A DNA stretch of 64,000 nucleotides from Hypanus sabinus (GCF_030144855.1 NC_082712.1:12896001-12960000); one strand, 5' to 3'. Positions 22,281 to 34,469 are shown, numbered from the stretch's first letter. Notes: generated by a model from the letters alone, not told the origin. Made by a program: numbers and translations.

Positions 22281-24621
22281 TGTCAGGCTCACTCACATTG
22301 ACAACCCCAGCCTGGACATTCAGGCACCTCACATCTCCACCCAGCCAATAGGATTCACTTGCTAATTATTCCAAACTCATCACCGGCAGCCTATTTAAAC
22401 CCAGCTCTCATCCACACACCTTGTTCCTCATCGAACGAGCTGACCTCAGATAGTTGCTCACAGCACTCACTCTCCCTGCCTAAAGTTTATCTTGTTGCCT
22501 GTTGTGATCAGTTTCTATTTCTCTTTGTCATATGGGGGGCATTGAGAGTGGACCCAAAAGCAAGGCACAGACACTGAACTACCAGGAACAGGACTGTTAG
22601 TGAGAAGGAAGCAGGAGAAATGAGGAAGAACCCAGTGCTGGGAGCCCTCCTTGGATACAGGACGTTGGGCCGGGACTCTTTACACAGAAAGCTGAACACG
22701 ACGAGACAGTTCCCAACGCTAGGTAGCGGCAAAATGGCCAGACCTACCTAGCGAAGGCATGGACATGGACAGACAGTTCCAAACAGGGTGAGGCGAGGCC
22801 CCAGACACAGGTTGCAGGGCAAGACTTAGGAGGGAAGGATGGGAACAGTCCAGTCTCAGGGTAACGGCAATGACGGCCTGACTTACCCCACGGAGGAAAG
22901 GGCAGGATACCAATGAGACGAACCCACACAGAGGCAAGGACAGGACATTGACGAGACAAACCCCAGAGAGACAAGGACACGAACCTGCAACCACCCTCGA
23001 ACCCAGGGCCACTAAAATTCCCAGCCCCAAGAAGAGAATCAGGTGCTTATGATTAAGCTCAAATGAGTCTGGATTCCACGGGCCAGACCATGAGCCGGAC
23101 CGTGAACTTCATGGACCGGACCATGACAGTAACCCCCTCCTCTATGGGAGCCACCGGGCAACCTAACAGACAGTCCAGGATTAAGGACGACCTGGGCGGA
23201 TGGGGGGGGTGGTGGTGTATTCAATCAGGAGGGAACTGAGGATGACGAGAGTTAGACGACAGTGTCTGCATTGCTGGGTCCATGTATGGCTGGTTCGTTC
23301 TGTCATATGAGGGGCATTGGGAGTGGACCCAAAAGCAAGGCAGACACTGAACTACCAGGAACAGGACTAGGCATGAGAAGGAAGCAAGGGAAGTGAGGAA
23401 GAAAGGACACTGGACATGAAACAGGCCCCGGATGAGACAAGGATTCTAGGCCTGGGCTAGGACTTGACAAAGATAGCGGAACCTGCACATAGAATTGGGA
23501 ACTGGGAGCCTGGGCTTGGATTCCGAGCCAGAGACTGGACAAGGACCCAGAACCTGGGTCTTGACTGGGGCTCAGACTCCAGAACCAGGTGAGGACAAGA
23601 CAAGGTTACAGGATGAGGAGAGGCACAGGACTGGATGTGAGACTCCAGGACAGGACAAGGGAACCCCAGCACCAGGCTGAGCAAGGTACTCCTGGGCTGG
23701 GTGAGGCACATCGATAAGACGAGAACACAGAGACTTGGTTGAGGGAGAACCGGATCGCAGAACACAGAGCCTGGGTGGAGGGAAAGACAGGAACATGGAA
23801 CTCCAAGCCGGGACCCCTCCTTGAGTACAGGACGTAGGGTCGGGACTCATTACACAGAACAATGAACTCAAGGAGACTGTTCCCAACTCTAGGTAGCAGC
23901 AAAACAGCCAGACCTACCTAGCAAAGGCGTGGACGCAGACAGACAGTTCCAAACAGGGTGAGGCTCCAGGCAGAGGCAAGACAAGGCAGGACCCCAGACA
24001 TAGGTTGCAGGGTGGGACCCCAGACACAGGTTACAGGGCAGGACTTAGGAGGGAAGGAAGGGAACAGTCCAGCCTCAGGGTAAAGGCAATGACAACCTGA
24101 CTTACCCAACAGAGGCATGGACCAGGAGGGACAGATCCCACCATCGGGTAACAGCAAGGACAGACTGACTTAACCCACAGCAGCAAAGACAAGATACCAA
24201 CAAGGCAAATCCACACATAGGAAAGGACAGGATACTGACAAGACAACCCCCACAGAGACAAGGACAGGATACTGACAAGACAAACCCACACATAGGAAAG
24301 GACAGAACACTGTCAAGACAAACCACAACCACCCTCGAACCCAGGGCCATTTATATTCCCCGCCCCAAGACGAGAATAAGGTGTCTACAATTAAGCCCAA
24401 ATGAGACAAGGGAATGTGGGAAGACCTGGAGTCTGGAGTCCACGGACCAGACCATGACCCGGAATGCGGACTTCACGGACTGGACCATGACACCTTGTTT
24501 TGTGCCCCCCCACCCCCCACCATGGCTTTTTATATAACAGTCTATTATTAAAGTTATTGCTCATGGCCGAACCATCTCACTGCTCTGATTTTGGGATAAG
24601 CCTCCTCGACATTCCCTGACA
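22281..24621 (+). mobile_element. Solo LTR (about 370 bp native length) with nested insertion
   Basis: Termini TGTCAGG...CCTGACA are a perfect 7-bp inverted repeat. The 5-bp TSD reads cgaag/caaag here and caaag at the left junction of U4. CCAAT near 22345 and ctatttaaa near 22391. Confidence 0.8.
22526..24492 (-). mobile_element. Miniature non-autonomous Gypsy LTR element (TRIM-like): LTR 23301-24492, 172-bp internal region, LTR 22526-23128
   Basis: Both LTRs are bounded by TGTCAT...ATGACA; TSD tctt/cctt; empty site visible at about 32685. The internal region starts gag-like MDPA and ends with PPT agaggagggggttac. Confidence 0.8.
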
Positions 24622-24860
24622 CAAAGTACGTCCGTCACTGAGTTGATGATCTTCCAGTAGACTTGTAGTCTGCCGGGGTACACCCGTACATCAGAGAGTC
24701 AGTCCACTGTTACACAGCTGCTGGGAATGAACTGTAACACGGGCTCTTGCATCTTCTCCACATCTTCTCAGCAAATCCACAGCTGGGTGACCTCAGAAAT
24801 GTGTGTTTTTAATTTATTATACAAACAATTTACAAGAATGAACTTTTTACATCACCATAA

Positions 24861-25291
24861 GGCATAGGAGCAGAATTAAGCCATTCAGCCCATCAAGTCT
24901 GCTCCACTATTCCATCAAATCTGAATTATTTTCCATCTCAACCCCATTCTCCTCCCTTCTCCCCACAACCTTTAACTCCCTGACTAATCAGGAACCTAAC
25001 AAGCTCTGCTTTAAATATGCCCAATGATTTGGTCTCCACAGCTGCCTGTGGAAATGAATTCCACAGATTTACCACTCCCTGGCTAAAGAGATTCCTCCTC
25101 ATCTCTGTTCTAAATTGCCGTCCTTCTATTCTGAGGCTGTGCCCTCAATTTCAAGACTTCCCCACAATCGGAAATATCCTCTCCATGTTCACTCCCTCCA
25201 GGTTTCACAGTATTGCAGAGGTTTCAATGAGATCCCCTGCACCCCCAGCATTCTTCTAAACTCCAGTGAGTACAAGACCAGAGTTATCAAA
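24861..25291 (-). mobile_element. CR1 3' fragment with 8-bp TSD
   Basis: caccataa at 24853-24860 and 25292-25299; present at the same position in U2-U4. Confidence 0.75.
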
Positions 25292-25527
25292 CACCATAAA
25301 CAGCACCATGTCTGGGTACATCTCGGCTCGATATGGTACATCTCTGTCTGTGACACAAGAAACTGTTTATTTCGATGAATGTCCAACAGATAAAGCCAAT
25401 CTGTAATCTTATCTTGCACAAGTCACTGATAGTTCTGTGTTGCTTTTCCTACCACAATGAAAAACAAGATACATTCAGATACTTCCACATTTACCACGTC
25501 CCCAAAAGGCAAGTTCAGTCTTTTCAG
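25292..25527 (-). pseudogene. Candidate Ig-constant-like pseudo-exon Y (paralogs 33482-33717 -, 45110-45314 -, 54711-54945 +)
   Basis: Acceptor tttcacAG|CTGAAAAG is conserved in all four copies. The phase-1 frame of U4 reads AEKTELAFWGCGK*GSSWKYLLFHCGRKNNTGLSVTW. Copies carry stops and indels. Confidence 0.35.
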
Positions 25528-25560
25528 CTGTGAAATTAATTGGGCATTATCATTATCTTC

Positions 25561-28500
25561 CCTCAGACCAAACCCAGTCTGTCCAATGTCCCTCAGACCA
25601 AACCCAGTCTGTCCGATCTCCCCTCAAGCCAAACCCTGTCTGTCCAATCTCCCTCAGACAAAACCCAGTCTGTCCGATCTCCCTCAGACAAAACCCAGTC
25701 TGTACGATCTCCCCTCAGACCAAACCCAATCTGTACGATCTCCCCTCAGACCAAACCCAGTCTGTCCAATCTCCCCTCAGTCCAAACCCAGACAGTCCGA
25801 TCTCCCCTCAGACAAAACCCAGTCTGTCCAATCTCCGCTCAGAACAAACCCAGTCTGTCCGATCTCCATCAGACAAAACCCAGTCTGTACGATCTCCCCT
25901 CAGACCAAACCCAGTCTGTCCGATCTCCCCTCAGACCAAACCCAGTCTGACTGATTTCCCCTCAGACCAAATACAGTCCGACCGATCTCCCCTCAGGCCA
26001 AACCCAATCTGTCAGATCTCTCCTCAGACCAAACCCAGTCTGTCCGATCTCCCCTCAGACCAAACCCAGTCTGTCCGATCTCCCCTCACACCAAACCCAG
26101 TCTGTCCGATCTCCATCAGACAAAACCCAGTCTGTACGATCCCCCCTTAGTCCAAACCCAGTCGGTCCGATCACCATCAGACAAAACCCAGTCTGTACGA
26201 TCTCCCCTCAGACCAAACCCAGTCTGTCCAATCTCCCCTCAAAACAAACCCAGTCTGTCCGATCTCCCATCAGACAAAACCCAATCTGTACGATCTCCCC
26301 TCAGACCAAACCCAGTCTGTCCAATCTCCCCTCAAAACAAACCCAGTCTGTCCGATCTCCCCTCAGACAAAACCCAGTCTGTACGATCTCCCCTCAGACC
26401 AAACCCAGTCTGTCCGATCTCCCCTCAGACCAAACCCAGTCTGACTGATTTCCCCTCAGACCAAATACAGTCCGACCGATCTCCCCTCAGGCCAAACCCA
26501 ATCTGTCAGATCTCTCCTCAGACCAAACCCAGTCTGTCCAATCTCCCCTCAGTCCAAACCCAGACAGTCCGATCTCCCCTCAGACAAAACCCAGTCTGTC
26601 CAATCTCTGCTCAGAACAAACCCAGTCTGTCCGATCTCCATCAGACAAAACCCAGTCTGTACGATCTCCCCTCAGACCAAACCCAGTCTGTCCGATCTCC
26701 CCTCAGACCAAACCCAGTCTGACTGATTTCCCCTCAGACCAAATACAGTCCGACCGATCTCCCCTCAGGCCAAACCCAATCTGTCAGATCTCTCCTCAGA
26801 CCAAACCCAGTCTGTCCGATCACCCCTCAGACCAAACCCAGTCTGTCCGATCTCCATCAGACAAAACCCAGTCTGTACGATCCCCCCTTAGTCCAAACCC
26901 AGTCGGTCCGATCACCATCAGACAACACCCAGTCTGTACGATCTCCCCTCAGACCAAACCCAGTCTGTCCAATCTCCCCTCAAAACAAACCCAGTCTGTC
27001 CGATCTCCCATCAGACAAAACCCAATCTGTACGATCTCCCCTCAGACCAAACCCAGTCTGTCCAATCTCCCCTCAAAACAAACCCAGTCTGTCCGATCTC
27101 CCCTCAGACAAAACCCAGTCTGTACGATCTCCCCTCAGACCAAACCCAGTCTGTCCGATCTCCCCTCAGACCAAACCCAGTCTGACTGATTTCCCCTCAG
27201 ACCAAATACAGTCCGAACGATCTCCCCTCAGGCCAAACCCAATCTGTCAGATCTCTCCTCAGACCAAACCCAGTCTGTCCGATCTCCCCTCAGACCAAAC
27301 CCAGTCTGTCCGATCTCCCCTCACACCAAACCCAGTCTGTCCGATCTCCATCAGACAAAACCCAGTCTGTACGATCCCCCCTTAGTCCAAACCCAGTCGG
27401 TCCGATCACCATCAGACAAAACCCAGTCTGTCCGATCTCCCCTCAGACCAAACCCAGTCTGTCCAATCTCCCCTCACACCAAACCCAGTCTGTCCGATCT
27501 CCATCAGACAAAACCCAGTCTGTCCGATCTCCCCTCAGACCAAACCCAGTCTGTCCAATCTCCCCTCAAAACAAACCCAGTCTGTACGATCCCCCCTCAG
27601 TCCAAACCCAGACAGTCCGATCTCCCCTCAGACAAAACCCAGTCTGTCCAATCTCCGCTCAGAACAAACCCAGTCTGTCCGATCTCCATCAGACAAAACC
27701 CAGTCTGTCCGATCTCCATCAGACAAAACCCAGTCTGTCCGATCTCCCCTCAGACCAAACCCAGTCTGTCCAATCTCCCTCAGACAAAACCCAGTCTGTC
27801 CAATCTTCACTCAGACCAAACCCAGTCTGTCCGATCTCCTCTCAGACCAAACCCAGTCTATCCAATCTTCGCTCAGACCAAATCCAGTCTGCCCGATCAC
27901 CCTCAGACCAAACCCAGACTGTCCGATCTCCCCTCAGACCAAATACAGTCCGACCGATCTCCCCTCAGGCCAAACCCAATCTGTCAGATCTCTCCTCAGA
28001 CCAAACCCAGTCTGTCCGATCTCCCCTCAGACCAAACCCAGTATGTCCGATCTCCCCTCACACCAAACCCAGTCTGTCCGATCTCCATCAGACAAAACCC
28101 AGTCTGTACGCTCCCCCCTCAGTCCAAACCCAGACTGTCCGATCTCCCCTCAGACAAAACCCAGTCTGTCCAATCTTCCCTCAGACCGAACCCAGTCTGT
28201 CCGATCACCATCAGACAAAACACAGTCTGTACGATCTCCCCTCAGACCAAACCCAGTCTGTCCGATCTCCATCAGACAAAACCCAGTCTGTACGATCTCC
28301 CCTCAGTCCAAACCCAGACTGTCCGATCTCCCCTCAGAACAAACCCAGTCTGTCCAATCTCCCTCAGACATAACCCAGTCTGCCCAATCATCCCTCAGAC
28401 CGAACCCAGTCTGTCCGATCACCATCAGACAAAACCCAGTCTGTACGATCTCCCCTCAGACCAAACCCAGTCTGTCCAATCTCCCCTCAAAACAAACCCA

Positions 28501-31500
28501 GTCTGTCCGATCTCCATCAGACAAAACCCAGTCTGTACGATCCCCCCTCAGTCCAAACCCAGAATGTCCGATCTCCCCTCAGACAAAACCCAGTCTGTCC
28601 AATCTTCCCTCAGACCGAACCCAGTCTGTCCGATCTCCATCAGACAAAACCCAGTCGGTACGATCTCCCCTCAGTCCAAACCCAGACTGTCCGATCTCCC
28701 CTCAGAACAAACCCAGTCTGTCCGATCTCCATCAGACAAAACCCAGTCTGTCCGATCTCCATCAGACAAAACCCAGTCTGTCCGATCTCCCCTCAGACAA
28801 AACCCAGTCTGTCCAATCTTCTCTCAGACCAAACCCAGTCTGTCCGATCTCCTCTCAGACCAAACCCAGTCTATCCAATCTTCCCTCAGACCAAATCCAG
28901 TCTGCCCGATCACCCTCAGACCAAACCCAGACTGTCCGATCTCCCCTCAGAACAAACCCAGTCTGTCCGATCTCTCCTCAGACTAAACCCAGGCTGTCCG
29001 ATCTCCCCTCAGACCAAACCCAGTCTGTCCGATCTCCCCTCAGAACAAACCCAGTCTGTCCGATCTCCCCTCAGACCAAACCCAGTCTGACTGATTTCCC
29101 CTCAGACCAAATACAGTCCGACCGATCTCCCCTCAGGCCAAACCCAATCTGTCAGATCTCTCCTCAGACCAAACCCAGTCTGTCCGATCTCCCCTCAGAC
29201 CAAACCCAGTATGTCCGATCTCCCCTCACACCAAACCCAGTCTGTCCGATCTCCATCAGACAAAACCCAGTCTGTACGATCCCACCTCAGTCCAAACCCA
29301 GACTGTCCGATCTCCCCTCAGACAAAACCCAGTCTGTCCAATCTTCCCTCAGACCGAACCCAGTCTGTCCGATCACCATCAGACAAAACACAGTCTGTAC
29401 GATCTCCCCTCAGACCAAACCCAGTCTGTCCGATCTCCATCAGACAAAACCCAGTCTGTACGATATCCCCTCAGTCCAAACCCAGACTGTCCGATCTCCC
29501 CTCAGAACAAACCCAGTCTGTCCAATCTCCCTCAGACATAACCCAGTCTGCCCAATCATCCCTCAGACCGAACCCAGTCTGTCCGATCACCATCAGACAA
29601 AACCCAGTCTGTACGATCTCCCCTCAGACCAAACCCAGTCTGTCCGATCTCTCCTCAGTCTAAACTCAGTCTGTCCGATCTCCCCTCAGACTAAACCCAG
29701 TCTGTCCGATCTCCCCTCAGACCAAACCCAGTCTGTCCGATCTCTCCTCAGACTAAACCCAGTCTGTCCGATCTCTCCTCAGACTAAACCCAGTCTGTCC
29801 GATCTCCCCTCAGACCAAACCCAGTCTGTCCGATCTCTCCTCAGACTAAACCCAGTCTGTCCGATCTCCGCTCAGACCAAACCCAGTCTGTCCGATCTCT
29901 GCTCAGACCAAACCCAGTCTGTCCGATCTCCCCTCAGAACAAACCCAGTCTGTCCGATCTCCCCTCAGACCAAACCCAGTCTGACTGATTTCCCCTCAGA
30001 CAAAACCCAGTCTGTCCAATCTTCCCTCAGACCGAACCCAGTCTGTCCGATCACCATCAGACAAAACCCAGTCTGTCCGATATCCTCTCAGACCAAACCC
30101 AGTCTATCCAATCTTCCCTCAGACAAAACCCAGTCTGTACGATCTCCCCTCAGACCAAACCCAGTCTGTCCGATCTCCATCAGACAAAACCCAGTCTGTC
30201 CGATCTCCATCAGACAAAACCCAGTCTGTCCGATCTCCCTCAGACAAAACCCAGTCTGTCCAATCTCCCTCAGACAAAACCCAGTCTGTCCGATCTTCCC
30301 TCAGACCGAACCCCGTCTGTCCCATCACCATCAGACCAAACCCAGTCTGTCCGATCTCCTCTTAGACCAAACCCAGACTGTCTGATCTCTCCTCAGACCA
30401 AACCCAGTCTGTCCGATCTCCCCTCAGACCAAACCCAGTCTGTCCGATCTCCCCTCAGACCAAATCCAGTCTGTCCGATCTCTCCTCAGACCAATCCGAG
30501 TCTCTCCGATCTCTCCACAGACCAAACCCAATCTGTCCGATCTCCCCTCAGACCAAACCCAGTCTGACTGATTTCCCCTCAGACAAAACCCAGTCTGTCC
30601 AATCTTCCCTCAGACCGAACCCAGTCTGTCCGATCACCATCAGACAAAACCCAGTCTGTCCGATATCCTCTCAGACCAAACCCAGTCTATCCAATCTTCC
30701 CTCAGACAAAACCCAGTCTGTACGATCTCCCCTCAGACCAAACCCAGTCTGTCCGATCTCCATCAGACAAAACCCAGTCTGTCCGATCTCCCTCAGACAA
30801 AACCCAGTCTGTCCAATCTCCCTCAGACAAAACCCAGTCTGTCCGATCTTCCCTCAGACCGAACCCAGTCTGTCCCATCACCATCAGACCAAACCCAGTC
30901 TGTCCGATCTCCTCTTAGACCAAACCCAGACTGTCTGATCTCTCCTCAGACCAAACCCAGTCTGTCCGATCTCCCCTCAGACCAAACCCAGTCTGTCCGA
31001 TCTCCCCTCAGACCAAATCCAGTCTGTCCGATCTCTCCTCAGACCAATCCGAGTCTCTCCGATCTCTCCACAGACCAAACCCAATCTGTCCGATCTCCCC
31101 TCAGACCAAACCCAGTCTGACTGATTTCCCCTCAGACAAAACCCAGTCTGTCCAATCTTCCCTCAGACCGAACCCAGTCTGTCCGATCTCCATCAGACAA
31201 AACCCAGTCTGTCCGATCTCCATCAGACAAAACAGTCTGACTGATCTCCCCTCAGACCAAATACAGTCTGACCGATCTCCCCTCAGACCAAACCCAGTCT
31301 GTCCAATCTCCCTCAGACAAAACCCAGTCTGTCCAATCTTCCCTCAGACCGAACCCAGTCTGTCCGATCACCATCAGACAAAACCCAGTCTGTCCGATCT
31401 CCCTCAGACAAAGCCCAGTCCCTCCAATCTTCCCTCAGACCAAACCCAGTCTGTCCAATCTCCCTCAGACAAAACCCAGTCTGTCCAATCTTCCCTCAGA

Positions 31501-32450
31501 CCGAACCCAGTCTGTCCGATCACCATCAGACAAAACCCAGTCTGTCCGATCTCCCTCAGACAAAGCCCAGTCCCTCCAATCTCCCCTCAGACCAAACCCA
31601 GTCTGTACTATCTCCCCTCAGACCAAACCCAGTCTGTCCGATCTCCATCAGACAAAACCCAGTCTGTACGATCTCCCTCAGACAAAGCCCAGTCCCTCCA
31701 ATCTTCCCTCAGACCGAACCCAGTCTGTCCCATCACCATCAGACAAAACCCAGTCTGTCCCATCTCCCTCAGACCAAACCCAGTCTGTACGATCTCCTCT
31801 CAGACCAAACCCAGTCTGTCCGATCTCCATCAGACAAAACCCAGTCTGTACGATCTCCTCTCAGACCAAACCCAGTCTGTCCGATATCCTCTCAGACCAA
31901 ACCCAGTCTATCCAATCTTCCCTCAGACCAAACCCAGTCTGTCCGATCACCATCAGACAAAACCCAGTCTGTCTGATCTCCCCTCAGACCAAACCCAGTC
32001 TGTCCAATCTCCCTCAGACAAAACCCAGTCTGTCCAATCTTCCCTCAGACCGAACCCAGTCTGTCCCATCACCATCAGACAAAACCCAGTCTGTACGATC
32101 TCCTCTCAGACCAAACCCAGTCTGTCCGATCTCCTCTCAGACCAAAACCCAGACTGTCTGATCTCTCCTCAGACCAAACCCAGTCTGTCCGATCTCCCCT
32201 CAGACCAAACCCAGTCTGTCTGATCTCTCCTCAGTCCAAACCCAGTCTGTCTGATCTCCCCGCAGACCAAACACAGTCTGTCTGATCTCTCCACAGACCA
32301 GACCCAGTCTGTCCGATCTCCCCTCAGACCAGACCCAGTCTGTCCGATCTCCCCTCAGACCAAACCCAGTCTGTCCGATCTCCCCTCAGACCAAACCCAG
32401 TCTCTCCGATCTCTCCACAGACCAAATCCACTCTGTCCAATCTCACAGAC
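25561..32450. repeat. 30-31-bp minisatellite, about 6.9 kb (roughly 225 units), consensus cagaccaaacccagtctgtccgatctcccct
   Basis: Continuous tandem array with recurrent variant units and higher-order blocks. Confidence 0.97.
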
Positions 32451-32629
32451 ATTTCTCATTCAGTGCCCTCAATTCCAAGACTTCGCACAATCAGAAACAT
32501 CCTGTGGTCCATTCCTCTAGGCCACACAGTATTGCATAGGTTTCAATGAGATCCCTGCAGCCCCCAGCAGTCTTCTAAACTACAGCGAGTACAATTCCCG
32601 AGTTATCAAACACCATAGACCGCACCCTC

Positions 32630-33950
32630 TGCCTCACTCTCCCTGTCTAATGTTTACCTTGTTGCTTGTTGTGTTGAGTTTCTATTTCTCTTGTTTTGTG
32701 GACCCCACGTGGCTTGTTAATTTACAGTCTATTATTAAACTTATTGCTCACAGCTGAATCGTCTCCGCTGCTCTGCTTTCAGGATAAGCCTCCTCGACAT
32801 TCCCTGACACAAAGTATGTCCGTCACTGAGTTGATGATCTTCCAGCAGACTTGTAGTCTGCTGGGGTACACCCATACATCAGAGAGTCAGTCCACTGTTA
32901 CACAGCTGCTGGGAATGAACTGTAACACGGGCTCTTGCATCTTCTCCACATCCTCTCAGCAAATCCACTGCTGGGTGACCACAGAAATGTGTGTTTTTAA
33001 TTTATTATACAAACAATTTACAAGATTGAACTTTTTTACATCACCGTAAGACTTAGGAGCAGAATTAAGCCATTCAGCCCATCAAGTCTGCTCCACCATT
33101 CCATCATGTCTGATTTATTTTACATCTCAACCGCTTTTCCGTCGCTTCTCCCCACAACGTTTAACTCCCTAACTAATCAGGAACCTTTCAAGCCCTGCTT
33201 TAAATATGCTCAATGATTTGGCCTCCAGAGCTGCCTATGGCAATGAATTCCACAGATTCTCCATTCTCTAGCTAAAGAAATTCCTCCTCATCTCTGTTCT
33301 AAATGGCTGTCCTTCGATTCTGAGGCTGTGCCCTCAGTTCCAAGACTTCCCCACAATTGGAAACATCCTCTCCATGTCCAATCTATCTAGGTCTCTCAGT
33401 ATTGCATAGGTTTCAATGAGATCCCCTGCATCCACCAACATTCTTCTAAACTCCAGCGAGTACAAGACCAGAGTTATCAAACACCATACACAGCACCCTG
33501 TCTGGGTGCATCTCAGCTCGATGTGGTGCATCTCTGTCTGTGACACAAGAAACTGTTTATTTCGATGAATGTCTGACAGATCACGCCAATCTGTAATCTT
33601 ATCTTGCACAAGTCACTGATAGTTCTCTGTTGTTCTTCCTACTGCAATGAAAGACGAGATACTTTCAGCTACTTCCTCATTTACCACATCCCCAAAAGGC
33701 AAGATCAGTCTTTTCAGCTGTGAAACTAATTGGGCATTATCATTATCTCCTCTCAGACCAAACCAAGTCTGTCCGATCACACTCAGACCAAACCCAGTCT
33801 GTCCGATCTCCCCTCAGACCAAACCCAGTCTGTCCGATCTCCCCTCAGACCAGACCCAGTCTGTCCGATCTCCCCTCAGACCAAACCCTGTCTGCCTGAT
33901 CTCTGCTCAGAACAAACCCTCTCAGTCTGACATCTTCGCAGAACAAACCC
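32630..33950 (+). repeat. Duplication copy U2: LTR 3' part with empty TRIM site, X part, CR1 fragment, Y, short minisatellite (about 33750-33950)
   Basis: Colinear with 22465-22525 plus 24497-25700. Confidence 0.9.
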
Positions 33951-34469
33951 AGGCTCTCCCCTTACTGTTTGGGGAAAGTCACTGGTTTTGAGTATGGTGG
34001 TACTGGTGTAGATGCTATATTGCCTCCTCCCTGATGGGAATCAGACAAACAGTCCATGAGCAGAGGGGGTGGGACCCTTCATGATGTTTCTGGCCCTTTT
34101 CTGGCCAGTTGTTGAGGTGTTAAGGATTGCCCCTTGGCCTGAGTGTGGATCTGTCATGGGGAAGAACAGCTGACAGACAGAAAATGTTTAAATGTAGCTT
34201 TCAAGAAGAGAAAATAAACCCATCAGACTGTGCATGATCCCTTTAAATTCAAATTAAAGGGAAAGGGACAAGCATGATGCAAAACTCCTTCTGTGAACCA
34301 CATTAAGTGCAGATTGCCTTCGTCAGGCTGTGAGGAAAGACTAGGCCTCACTGGGAGAGGGGTAAGAGAAACATAATTGTGTACATTCTGTCTGTGACCA
34401 CACATTTCCTCCGGTGTCTTCCCACAGCCCACAGTTGGGCATGATATTATCTCCATGGATGGCATGCTG

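Larger units (their letters stand above)
22158..24782 (-). pseudogene. Candidate Ig-constant-like pseudo-exon X (22158-22275 plus 24622-24782), split by a solo LTR
   Basis: Removing the LTR and one TSD gives 279 nt between ...cacccAG and G|GTATAA (phase 1-1). Translation VDLLRRCGEDARARVTVHSQQLCNSGLTL*C...HQLSDGRTLIWPKLVGHPGQRDVQYLY*... contains stops. Family assignment is tentative. Confidence 0.4.
18526..25560 (+). repeat. Segmental duplication, copy U1 (inverted paralog at about 54680-61575)
   Basis: Shares idiosyncratic deletions in degraded CR1 (VLKGNGKDCRGICNDISGM in both 19104-19694 and 60414-60935) and the same order of downstream blocks. Confidence 0.9.

Noticed and set aside
25445-25532. 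Plus-strand frame CNLILHKSLIVLCC...SFQL* open in all four copies
   Set aside because: Substitutions between copies are mostly non-synonymous; no start or splice context.
28043-30385. 780-aa ORF and other S/P/Q-rich ORFs in the minisatellite
   Set aside because: The consensus unit has no stop in any + frame, so long ORFs are expected. Frames shift with unit length and there is no gene context.
25561-32450. CRISPR-like array or RSS array (cccagtc ... acaaaaccc)
   Set aside because: Vertebrate DNA with no unique spacers. The heptamer/nonamer-like words are 17-18 nt apart, not 12 or 23.
32696-33049. 117-aa + strand ORF with leader-like start
   Set aside because: Crosses an LTR boundary, has a stop in the U1 paralog, and differences are mostly non-synonymous.
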